This document shows positions 38,083 through 46,296 of a stretch of DNA of 64,000 nt, piece by piece; the first letter of the stretch is position 1; each line of letters begins with the position of its first letter. The stretch spans positions 1,888,001 through 1,952,000 of the forward strand of contig CP051526.1 of the NCBI GenBank assembly GCA_050916045.1, in the 5' to 3' direction. The stretch is from Tepidisphaera sp. (GTDB taxonomy: Bacteria > Planctomycetota > Phycisphaerae > Phycisphaerales > UBA1924). The notes under the pieces were generated by a model. It saw nothing but the letters and a program-made list of their open reading frames with translations. It ran no database searches and had not been told where the DNA came from. Both the position numbers and the translations under genes were made by a program.

Positions 38083-38682
38083 ATGGAGATGCTTCGAGCG
38101 ATGTGGCCGCTGTTGGTGCTTGGCGGGTTGCTGGTGTTGGCGTTGGCCGTGATCGCGGTGCTCAAGGGTGGGGGCGGGGGCGGCGAGCAAGCCGAGGAGG
38201 AGAAGCCCGGCGGGGCGGATGTGTACATCAAGCGGGCGGGGCTGCTCACGCCGGCGGAGCTTGCGTTCTACAAGGTGCTGGTGGCGGCGGTGGGGACGCG
38301 ATATGTGGTGATGGCGCAGGTGAGCCTGGCGGGGATCTTGGAGGTGGATCGGGCAAGGGTGAAGGAGGAGGGAGGAAAGCGGAATGGGTTTCAAGCGGCG
38401 TTCAACCGGATCAGTCGGAAGACGGTGGACTTTGTGCTTTGCGAGCCTGGGACGATGCGGATCGTGGCGGCGGTGGAGCTTGACGATCGGTCGCACGAGC
38501 GGGCGGAGCGGAAGGAGCGGGATGGGTTTGTGGAAGCGGCGATGAAGGCTGCGGGGCTGCCGCTGATGCGGGTGAAAGCGGCGGGAAGCTATGACTTGGC
38601 GGGGGTGCGGGGGATGGTGGAGGGAATCGAACGAGACGGGGCGGTCGGGAGTCCATCCACGACGCGCCGAAGCGGCGGGTAG
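38083..38682 (+). CDS. DUF2726 domain protein
   Basis: N-terminal transmembrane helix; LLTPAELAFY, AQVSLA, VDFVLC, AVELDDRSH, RDGFV..AGLPLMR. Confidence 0.9.
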   Translation: MEMLRAMWPLLVLGGLLVLALAVIAVLKGGGGGGEQAEEEKPGGADVYIKRAGLLTPAELAFYKVLVAAVGTRYVVMAQVSLAGILEVDRARVKEEGGKRNGFQAAFNRISRKTVDFVLCEPGTMRIVAAVELDDRSHERAERKERDGFVEAAMKAAGLPLMRVKAAGSYDLAGVRGMVEGIERDGAVGSPSTTRRSGG

Positions 38683-38708
38683 AGGCACCCGGCCTAGGCT
38701 CCAGAGCG

Positions 38709-39209
38709 ATGTCAGATCTGCTCACAAGTCTGTTTGACGGTTGGCCGGTTCGACCGCCGCGATCGATTCGATGGCTTTTGGAGATGGGGATTCTGGGTGT
38801 GGAGCGGGATTCCAAGCTGTGGCCGTGGTGTGCGGTCGAGCCACCGGGTTGGTTTCTTGCTCGGAAAGCGTGGCCTTACAGTTGTTCAGAACGTGATCTG
38901 CTCGTGTTTGCCAGACGTTATGATTGTGACGAACTGGCGTGCATCGACCTGAAATCGAAGGATCTCGAACGATGCGTTCTCATCGAAGGCTGGCAGGAGG
39001 ACGGCTTCTTCATCTTTCAGGAGTATGAGTCGAGCTGGGCCTGGGTGTTGGATGCGATTCGCGAGAGTGCGGAGTTTCTCGATCGAGATGCGAAAGGCCT
39101 TGAGGCATGGCGAAGTTCAGGGCGTGGCGGACAGCACGCTGATCATCCGTCGTTGCGTTCACATGGGTCGGAAGAAATCAGATTCGTGGGCGAGGATGTA
39201 GGGGAGTGA
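38709..39209 (+). CDS. Putative SMI1/KNR4 (SUKH)-like immunity protein
   Basis: LWPW..LLVFARRYDCDELACID..YESSWAWV pattern; composition atypical for the region. Confidence 0.55.
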   Translation: MSDLLTSLFDGWPVRPPRSIRWLLEMGILGVERDSKLWPWCAVEPPGWFLARKAWPYSCSERDLLVFARRYDCDELACIDLKSKDLERCVLIEGWQEDGFFIFQEYESSWAWVLDAIRESAEFLDRDAKGLEAWRSSGRGGQHADHPSLRSHGSEEIRFVGEDVGE

Positions 39210-39869
39210 AAGACCGATGCTCAGGCCGCCTTTGGGGAGTTCGAGCTTGTGGAACTGCTTGTCGAGCGAGTCCCAGATGAGCTTGGGTTGTTCGCCGAGA
39301 TCGTCCATCATGCGGAGTCTTGCTGATCGATCGGTGGGCGGGCCTGATGCGAACTGGGCGTTCCCGCGCTCGACCAAGGTGGCAGCGGCTTCGTGTCCGA
39401 GGAGGCGCAGGGCGGCGGGGGCGAGCGATGCGCCGTCGCCCGAGGAGTTCAGATAGTACTGATCGAAACCGCCATTGTTGATCTCGATCTCGAGGGCTTC
39501 GACGAGAAGAACGGCTCTGCGTGCGGGCGAGAGAAGCTGAACCCATTCGACATCGGGATCGATGGCGGCGAGTTCGGCACGGATGCTCTCCACAATCTGG
39601 CTATGGATCTGAGTCGCGGCGGCGAAGGACTCCTTCGGCCCGGAGCATGCGGCTCGAAGCTCTGCCGCTTTGGCGGCGGGGAGTCGTGTGTCAAGGTTTG
39701 GCGGGCGGGGTGGCGGTGGGTTGGCCAAGGGCGCGGCGGCGTCGCGCATGAGATCTCGTCGTATGTCGCCGTAGGGTTTGATCTCTCGGGTGGACCGGGC
39801 GTGGCGGATTACCAGTACCGCGACCGCGGAAGCAACAACCACGAGGGCGAAGATGAGAGCGTACTTCAT
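39159..39869 (-). CDS. DUF4375/DMP19-family protein with N-terminal anchor
   Basis: EIEINNGGFDQYYLNSSGD, ALRLLG, LDKQF, YILAH. Confidence 0.85.
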   Translation of the reverse strand: MKYALIFALVVVASAVAVLVIRHARSTREIKPYGDIRRDLMRDAAAPLANPPPPRPPNLDTRLPAAKAAELRAACSGPKESFAAATQIHSQIVESIRAELAAIDPDVEWVQLLSPARRAVLLVEALEIEINNGGFDQYYLNSSGDGASLAPAALRLLGHEAAATLVERGNAQFASGPPTDRSARLRMMDDLGEQPKLIWDSLDKQFHKLELPKGGLSIGLSLPYILAHESDFFRPM

Positions 39870-39920
39870 GGTTGGTGGGATCTCGGCGAGGTCTGGGGAG
39901 ATTGGGAGCTGTTGGTTGGT

Positions 39921-41168
39921 TCAGCGTAGGTCGGAAGCAAGCAAGCATCGCCAGCCCTTGGACTGCCATTGGGCATCAAGGTAGCGGGATGGATTGGCGG
40001 CGATGGTGGTCCAGGAGACGTCTGGAAAGATCGTGATGTCGCAGTGCTCGACGTCGGCGTTTGCGAAGAAGCGGAGCGTGGGAAGCCAGCAGAGGAAGTA
40101 GTCGCCGTCGTAATCGACGGCTGAGGCGATGAGGTTCACGGCGGGGACCGGTACTTCGATGAACGGATCCGATGCGAGGTCCCGGTCTGACCGGGGCGGG
40201 TCTTCGAGCTTGAGTTCGCCGAGCGAGAGAGCGGCAAGCGGGAGAAGTGTGACAGCGCCGGCTTTGGAAGTGGCGGCGTTGTACTGGAGCTGACGGTTGG
40301 CGGCGAGGAACGCGATGAGATCGGCGGGGAGGTGGAATGGGTTGGAGTCGTCGTGCGGCGTTCCGATGGGGAGGGAGAAGGGCATGGTGAGGAGCGGGGG
40401 TAGTGGCTTGGGGCGGAGTAGGTTGAGGAGGGGGCTGAGCAAGCGTGAGGAGAGAGACGGTTGAGGGCGTGGCGATTGAGAATCGGAGTTCGGTGCTTTG
40501 ACGTTCTGCGGGCTGCTGCCGGGGTGGGCTTTGAAGAATCGCTGCACGCGGGCTCGGAGTTCGGGCGCTTGGATCGCGCCGGGTTGCACGTGGCGGGTGC
40601 GGAGGTAGCTTTGGAGGTTTGTGAGCGAGATGCCGGTGTTGGCGAAGTGGATGGCGAGGTCGGGTTGAGACCTTGCGATGAGGGTGTAGAGGAGGTGCTC
40701 CGGGGTTGCGCGGGCTTCGCCGAGTTGCTCGGCGGTACGAAGAGTTTGCGTGAGGATGTCGCGGGACTCGCTGCTGAGCTCGAAGGTGGTGCCTTCGGGG
40801 AAGTAGAGCATGTTGACGCGTGGGAGGGCGGCGATGATGCGTGGTCGCAGGTATGCGGCGTCGGTGCTGCACCAGGCGAGGCAGGCTTGGATGGAGGGGG
40901 TTGGGTCGGTGAGGAGGGCGAGCAGCAGGTGGAGGGGGAGGATCGTCGTGGGCGGAGTGCCGGCGGCGGCGGGGCTGGCGGGGAGCGGCTGGCCTGGGAG
41001 CTCGTGATTGAGCATGAGCCGCACGAACTGGCTTGCGGCGAGGACGATCGCGTCGACATCGGCGGTCGGTGTCGCGTGCAGACGGCCGCACTCGGGGCAG
41101 ACCCCCGAGTCGAGCCCGGCGATGTCGTACCCGCATGAGAGACAGGGTTTCACGGCCTCAAGACTCAC
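39921..41168 (-). CDS. Fusion: zinc ribbon + Clp N-terminal-like domain + SUKH-like domain
   Basis: CLSCGYDIAG..CPECG; LHLLLALL..AEQLGEARATPEHLLYTL (ClpN repeats); LPADLIAFL..WLPTLRFFANADVEH..W. Confidence 0.6.
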   Translation of the reverse strand: MSLEAVKPCLSCGYDIAGLDSGVCPECGRLHATPTADVDAIVLAASQFVRLMLNHELPGQPLPASPAAAGTPPTTILPLHLLLALLTDPTPSIQACLAWCSTDAAYLRPRIIAALPRVNMLYFPEGTTFELSSESRDILTQTLRTAEQLGEARATPEHLLYTLIARSQPDLAIHFANTGISLTNLQSYLRTRHVQPGAIQAPELRARVQRFFKAHPGSSPQNVKAPNSDSQSPRPQPSLSSRLLSPLLNLLRPKPLPPLLTMPFSLPIGTPHDDSNPFHLPADLIAFLAANRQLQYNAATSKAGAVTLLPLAALSLGELKLEDPPRSDRDLASDPFIEVPVPAVNLIASAVDYDGDYFLCWLPTLRFFANADVEHCDITIFPDVSWTTIAANPSRYLDAQWQSKGWRCLLASDLR

Positions 41169-41404
41169 GTCAGGTGATGGTGGTTGGGGGCGAGAGAGGG
41201 CGGCGAGAGCAGAATGAGTCTATGGGAGTGGGTTGCGGGGCTATCAGCGGGGTCGCTTGGACCCTCGTGATGGATGCACATCTTTCGTGGGAAGATGCAG
41301 TAGACGCTATGGGTGGCCTTTGTGCGGTCGGAAACGTTGCTGCGGCTTCAACTGGTGGCGGCCGGGCTACACCCGCCTCAGGTTCAGGGGAAGGGGTCTG
41401 GATA

Positions 41405-41887
41405 TCAGTCCAGTGGCGTTCCGTCGAACCACGTACTGCCGCACCGGTGTTCTTCGCGGATTTCAGCGAGGGCTTGAGCGGAGCCCTCGACGTACCAGAG
41501 GTGCTCCCAGCCACCGGAGGAGTAGTCTGCGACGCGGACCGAACCAGACCACCGCTTCATCCAGTCCCAGATTTCGCGGAAGGCTTGAGAGGGCGTGTCG
41601 TCCGGGTCCATGACGAAGATGATCTCGCGGTTGCGATCCGCCGCAGGGAGGTCGAGCCAGTGATCATTGAGGTTTTGGAGTAAAGCCGCGATCCGGGCGA
41701 TTTCGGTATCGTCGGCAGGGGCTTCGATGTGCAAGTCGGTGGCGAGAAGAACCTCATAGCTGACGCCTGCGGGCTTCACGTTGTGCTTGGCGGCAATGAG
41801 GTCTCGGAGGATGCCGAGGTGTGAAAGGCGGACACCTCGCGGGAGGCTGGTGTTGAGAGCGGCTTGGAGGTGGGAGTCGTGGGACAT
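41405..41887 (-). CDS. Hypothetical protein
   Basis: 160 aa ORF with natural composition (YSSGGWEHLWYVEG); no family recognised. Confidence 0.55.
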   Translation of the reverse strand: MSHDSHLQAALNTSLPRGVRLSHLGILRDLIAAKHNVKPAGVSYEVLLATDLHIEAPADDTEIARIAALLQNLNDHWLDLPAADRNREIIFVMDPDDTPSQAFREIWDWMKRWSGSVRVADYSSGGWEHLWYVEGSAQALAEIREEHRCGSTWFDGTPLD

Positions 41888-41908
41888 GGGTGTGGAGGGT
41901 GGACGAGA

Positions 41909-41944
41909 ATTTCACATTTCGAATTTCACATTTCGAATTTCAAA
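41909..41944. repeat. AT-rich heptamer tandem repeat (ATTTC(A/G)(A/C))n
   Basis: ATTTCACATTTCGAATTTCACATTTCGAATTTCAAA. Confidence 0.85.
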
Positions 41945-41949
41945 CGAGG

Positions 41950-42006
41950 CACCCCCTCCGGCCTTGCTGCGCTCGGCCACCTCCCCCGCCGGGGGCGGGG
42001 GAGGCG
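41950..42006. repeat. GC-rich double-hairpin REP-like element
   Basis: CCCCCTCCGGCC..GGCCACCTCCCCCGCC-GGG-GGCGGGGGAGG. Confidence 0.65.
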
Positions 42007-42062
42007 GGTGAATGGGGTGTCGCCGGGCGCGGGGGTGTGGTTGAGTGGCCTTTCGTCGGTTC

Positions 42063-42120
42063 TCCCTCGCTGGCGCGTCGGGCTCTGAAAGAAAATCCCT
42101 TGCTGGCGCTGCGGACTCGT
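42063..42120 (-). repeat. Two minus-strand copies of the 33170/37754 REP-like unit
   Basis: TCCCTCGCTGGCGCGTCGGGCTCTGA (reverse complement of the 33170 unit) and TCCCTTGCTGGCGCTGCGGACTCGT (like 37754). Confidence 0.85.
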
Positions 42121-43853
42121 TAGGTTTGGAGGACGCCGGTTTTGAAGGGTTTGGAGTAGTCCCAGCCTCGTGTGGCTTCAAGGGCGGCGATGAGTTCTTC
42201 TCTGGTCTTGTGGGGTTCGATGATTCGGTCGAGCCAGCCTCGGGCGGCGGCGTGGCGGATGTCGGCTTGGTTGGTGTAGCCGGCGTGGATGGCGGCGGAG
42301 ATTTGTTTGCGGGTGTCCTCGTCGATGGTTTCGCCTTTGCGTTTGCGGGAGGCTTCTTCGATGGTGGCGAGGACGCCGGTGGCTTGGTTGGCGCCCATGA
42401 CGGCGCATTTGGAGCCGGGCCAGGCGAAGGAGAGGAAGGGGTCGAAGGCGCGGCCGCACATGGCGTAGTTTCCGGCGCCGTAGGAGCCGCCGGTGATGAG
42501 GACGATTTTGGGGACGATGGAATTGGCCATGGCGTTGACCATTTTGGCTCCGGCGCGGATGATGCCGCCTTGTTCGGAGTCGCGGCCGACCATGAAGCCT
42601 GTGGTGTCGTGGATGAAGAGGAGGGGGATCTTGCGCTGGTTGCAGTCCATGATGAAGCGGGCGGCTTTGTCGGCGGAGTCGTCGTAGATGACGCCGGGCA
42701 TGTTGGTGAAGACGCCGGGGCCGGCTTTCCCGCCGGGGAGCTTGCGCTGGGTGAGCTTTTTCTGGTTGGCGAGGATGCCGACGGGGTGCCAACCGATCTG
42801 GGCATAACCGCAAACCACGGATTGTCCGTAATCTGGTTTGTACTCGTCAAAGTTCGCCACCAGAGTTTCGCGTTCTTCGGCGTTTGTCTCGGCACGGACG
42901 TCGACGAGACAGGAGATGAGATCCTTCACGTCGTATTGCGATCCGGCCTTGTCCGTGAATACGGAATAGACGTCGTCGGCGCTGCGAAAGGCTTGGCCGG
43001 AATGTCCATGAATCGCGTGAAGCACCTTTGCTGTCGCGGGGCCTGTTGGATCGAAAGTGCTGCCAGCTCGCGACTTCTGTACCAAGCTTCGCAATCTTTG
43101 GAGGCAGGCTTGGTCGTCTTTTTCCTTGAAGTCGATGGTGCCGGAGATGGAGGCGTGCATGGAGGCGCCGCCGAGGTCTTCGTCGGAGACTTCCTGGCCG
43201 ATGGCGGCTTTCACGAGGGCGGGCCCCGCGAGGTAGAGGCCTGAGCCTTCGGTCATGAGGAGGGTGTCGCAGAGGACGGGGAGGTATCCGCCGCCGGCGA
43301 CGCAGAAGCCCATGATGGCGGCGATCTGGGGGATGCCTTCGGCGGAGAGGACGGCGTTGTTGCGGAAGATGCGGCCGAAATCGTCGGTGTCGGGGAAGAC
43401 GTCTTCCTGGAGTGGGAGGAAGACGCCGGCGGAGTCGACGAGGTAGAGGAGGGGGAGGCGGGCCATCTGGGCGATGGTTTGGGCGCGGATGATTTTCTTG
43501 CAGGTCATCGGGAAGAACGCGCCGGCTTTCACGGTGGCGTCGTTGGCGATGATCATGTGGGGGCGGCCGTGGACGAGGCCGACGCCGGTGACGACGCCCG
43601 CGGCGGGGGCTCCGCCGAACTCCTTGTACATCTCGAAAGCGGACCAGAGGCCGTATTCCTGGAAGGCGGAGGTGCCGTGGGTGGGGGGGTCGATGAGGAG
43701 GGCGATGCGTTCGCGGGCGGTGAGGCGGCCTTTTTCGTGCTGGCGGTCGATGGCGGCTTTGCCGCCGCCGTCCTTGAGTTTGGCTTCGGTCGCGAGGTAG
43801 GCGGCGGTGGTGTCTTTGAGGGAGACGGGAGCGGCGGCGGAGGGGGTCGACAT
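42120..43853 (-). CDS. Acyl-CoA carboxylase, carboxyltransferase (beta) subunit
   Basis: KGRLTARERI, NDATVKAGA, LVDSAG, CVAGGGY, GFMVG..EQGGI, GSYGAGNYAMCGR, VMGA. Confidence 0.95.
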   Translation of the reverse strand: MSTPSAAAPVSLKDTTAAYLATEAKLKDGGGKAAIDRQHEKGRLTARERIALLIDPPTHGTSAFQEYGLWSAFEMYKEFGGAPAAGVVTGVGLVHGRPHMIIANDATVKAGAFFPMTCKKIIRAQTIAQMARLPLLYLVDSAGVFLPLQEDVFPDTDDFGRIFRNNAVLSAEGIPQIAAIMGFCVAGGGYLPVLCDTLLMTEGSGLYLAGPALVKAAIGQEVSDEDLGGASMHASISGTIDFKEKDDQACLQRLRSLVQKSRAGSTFDPTGPATAKVLHAIHGHSGQAFRSADDVYSVFTDKAGSQYDVKDLISCLVDVRAETNAEERETLVANFDEYKPDYGQSVVCGYAQIGWHPVGILANQKKLTQRKLPGGKAGPGVFTNMPGVIYDDSADKAARFIMDCNQRKIPLLFIHDTTGFMVGRDSEQGGIIRAGAKMVNAMANSIVPKIVLITGGSYGAGNYAMCGRAFDPFLSFAWPGSKCAVMGANQATGVLATIEEASRKRKGETIDEDTRKQISAAIHAGYTNQADIRHAAARGWLDRIIEPHKTREELIAALEATRGWDYSKPFKTGVLQT

Positions 43854-43937
43854 AGGCGGAAAGGTAGGGGAGGGTGTGTTTGGGGGTTGGGGGAGAGGGG
43901 CGGAGGTTGGGCGGGATCGGGGTGGCAACAATCGGGG

Positions 43938-44486
43938 ATGCCCAAGCCAGGACGCAAGCCGGATTTCAAGCAGTCGCCGCGGTCGTCGGGGAAGCCGACG
44001 GGGAAGCCAACAGGGAAGGGGGGCGGGAGCGGGCGAGGGAGTGGTCGGGGGACGGTGGCGCGGGCTTTGACGCAGGAGCACCGGGAGTTTTTGCAAGCGT
44101 GTCGGGACGCGTTTGTGGAGATGTGCGCGGCGGCGGAGGTGTCGGAGGAAGAGCTTCGGGACGGGGATGCGACGGAGGTGTGCGATCAGGTGATCCGCTG
44201 GTGGCATGCTCAGCGGAAGAGCCAGCGGCCGGACTTTGACGCGGCGGCGAACATCATCGGGGTGACGATGGGGGATCTCTTGATCGGGGCATTCCCGAAG
44301 CTTGAGTGGCGGTACATCACGGACCAGCACGGGACGTCGCTTGGCTTGTGGCACGAGAAGCCGGAGGTGGTGGTGGCGCCGCTTGATTTGTCGCTGGAGC
44401 GGATGAACGAGGAGGTGGACGGGTTTGTGGGGAGCTTGCTGCCGGCGGTGGCGGATGAGGTGGAGAAGACGCTGAGCGGGAAGTGA
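43938..44486 (+). CDS. DUF3806-like protein
   Basis: IGVTMGDLL..LEWRYITDQHGTSLGL..P pattern after a basic, low-complexity N-terminus. Confidence 0.6.
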   Translation: MPKPGRKPDFKQSPRSSGKPTGKPTGKGGGSGRGSGRGTVARALTQEHREFLQACRDAFVEMCAAAEVSEEELRDGDATEVCDQVIRWWHAQRKSQRPDFDAAANIIGVTMGDLLIGAFPKLEWRYITDQHGTSLGLWHEKPEVVVAPLDLSLERMNEEVDGFVGSLLPAVADEVEKTLSGK

Positions 44487-44537
44487 GGGAGGGGTAGGGC
44501 CGGATGGGGCGTTCGGCGGTGAGGCGTGCGAGGGGAG

Positions 44538-44600
44538 ATCTCAAATCTCGAATTTCAAATTTCAAATTTTGCATTTCAAAGCTCAAATCTCAGAATTCAG
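44538..44600. repeat. AT-rich heptamer tandem repeat (AT(C/T)TCAA)n
   Basis: ATCTCAAATCTCGAATTTCAAATTTCAAATTTTGCATTTCAAAGCTCAAATCTCAGAATTCAG. Confidence 0.85.
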
Positions 44601-44770
44601 ACTTCGAGGCTCACGATGAGAATTGCGGGGTGAGGATCCCCGAGCACGCGGTGGGGCGGGGGTGAGCATGCGAAGAGGATACCGGAGGGGGTAATTGGAC
44701 GGGGCGATCGCTTGCGCGATCGTCTCGCGGGGAATTGGTATACTGCGGCGCCCTCCAAGGAGATTCTCGC

Positions 44771-46276
44771 ATGTCGCATTCGGTCTATCGGCAACTGAAC
44801 CGCAAATTCGCTGAGCCTGTGAGCATGCTGACGCGTCGCCGGTTTCTGGCGGCTTCGGCGGCGACGGGGCTTGCGGCGATGGTGTCGTGCGCGGGCGGGG
44901 AGAAGGGTCGTCCGACGGCGGGGAAGCGGGTGGTGGTGATCGGGGCGGGTTTTTCGGGGCTGATGGCGGCGCATGAATTGAAAGCGTGCGGGTATGACGT
45001 GTTTGTGGTGGATGCACGCACGCGCATTGGCGGGCGGATCGTGACATACCGGGACATGGTGCCGGGGCGGCATGTGGAGGGTGGCGGCGAGCTCATCGGG
45101 TCGAACCACCCCACGTGGGCGGCGTGCAAGGAGCGGTTCAAGCTCGATTTCATGGATGTGGGCGGCGAGGAGAACACGCCGCTTTATCTGAACGGGGCGT
45201 GGCTGAGCGAGGAAGACGCGAAGGGGCTTTGGGATGAGCTTTCGCCGGTGTACGACGGGATGACGTCGGAAGCGGGGAGCGTTCCGGAGGATGCGCCCTG
45301 GCTTGCGCCCAAGGCGCACACGCTGGATCGGCTCACGATCGCGGACTGGATCAACGACCTCAAGAGCAAGGGGATCTCGGAGCGGGGGATTTCGGTGCTT
45401 CGGGCGGGGTTCGAGGGCGACAACGCGGTGCGAGCGGACCGGCAGAGCTATCTGGGCATGCTGGCGTGCATCAAGGGGGGCGGGCTTGACAAGTACTGGA
45501 CGGAGTCGGAGGTGTACCGGTGCAAGCAGGGGAATCAGGCGTTGGCGGAGGCGCTGGCGACGAGCTTCGGCGTGGATCGGATCAAGCTGAACCTTCCGGT
45601 GGTGTCGGTCAAGGACCGCGGGGACAAGATGCTTGTGGCGACGGCGGACAAGCGGATCATCGAGTGCGATGATGTGGTGCTGACGGTTGCGCCGACGGCG
45701 TGGCCGCTGATTGAGTTCAACGGCCTGATGCCGAAGGAGCTGATCTCGGCGCCGCAGATGGGGACGGCGATCAAGTACATCGCGCCGCTGAAGCGAGAGG
45801 TGTGGAAGGACACGGGCAAGACCCCGGATTTCATCACCGATGCGGATATCTCCGAGACGTGGGAGACGTGCGACGGGCAGGCGGCGCCGGCCGAGGTGAA
45901 AGCGGGCGACCCGGTGAACGGGATCACGTGCTTCTCGGGCGGGCCGGCGGCGGAGCGCGTGCGGACCAAAGCCGGCGGGGCGGTGGACCGGTCGTACGCG
46001 GAGACGCTCAACAAGGCGTTGCCCGGGTACTCGGATGCGGTGATCAAGCCGCGGTACATGGACTGGCCGTCGGATCAGTGGACGCGGGGCAGCTATTCGT
46101 TCCCCGCGCCGGGCCAAGTGACGACGCAGGGGCCCGTGCTTGAGAAGGCGAGCGGGGCGATGCACTTTGCGGGTGAGCACACGTGCTACAAGTTTGTCGG
46201 GTACATGGAGGGTGCGCTGTCGTCGGGCGTGTCGGTCGCGCGGCGGATTGCGCTGCGTGACGGGCTGGCGCGGTAG
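44771..46276 (+). CDS. Flavin monoamine oxidase family, Tat-exported (probable lipoprotein)
   Basis: TRRRFL Tat motif..VSC; VVVIGAGFSGL, RIGGR, WTRGSYS, FAGEHT..GYMEGALSSG. Confidence 0.92.
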   Translation: MSHSVYRQLNRKFAEPVSMLTRRRFLAASAATGLAAMVSCAGGEKGRPTAGKRVVVIGAGFSGLMAAHELKACGYDVFVVDARTRIGGRIVTYRDMVPGRHVEGGGELIGSNHPTWAACKERFKLDFMDVGGEENTPLYLNGAWLSEEDAKGLWDELSPVYDGMTSEAGSVPEDAPWLAPKAHTLDRLTIADWINDLKSKGISERGISVLRAGFEGDNAVRADRQSYLGMLACIKGGGLDKYWTESEVYRCKQGNQALAEALATSFGVDRIKLNLPVVSVKDRGDKMLVATADKRIIECDDVVLTVAPTAWPLIEFNGLMPKELISAPQMGTAIKYIAPLKREVWKDTGKTPDFITDADISETWETCDGQAAPAEVKAGDPVNGITCFSGGPAAERVRTKAGGAVDRSYAETLNKALPGYSDAVIKPRYMDWPSDQWTRGSYSFPAPGQVTTQGPVLEKASGAMHFAGEHTCYKFVGYMEGALSSGVSVARRIALRDGLAR

Positions 46277-46296
46277 GTCCTTGACAGGAGTGGGAC

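Noticed and set aside
33800..41900. Integron cassette array
   Set aside because: Genes are in mixed orientation, and no attC-type RYYYAAC..GTTRRRY hairpins or intI were found by eye.
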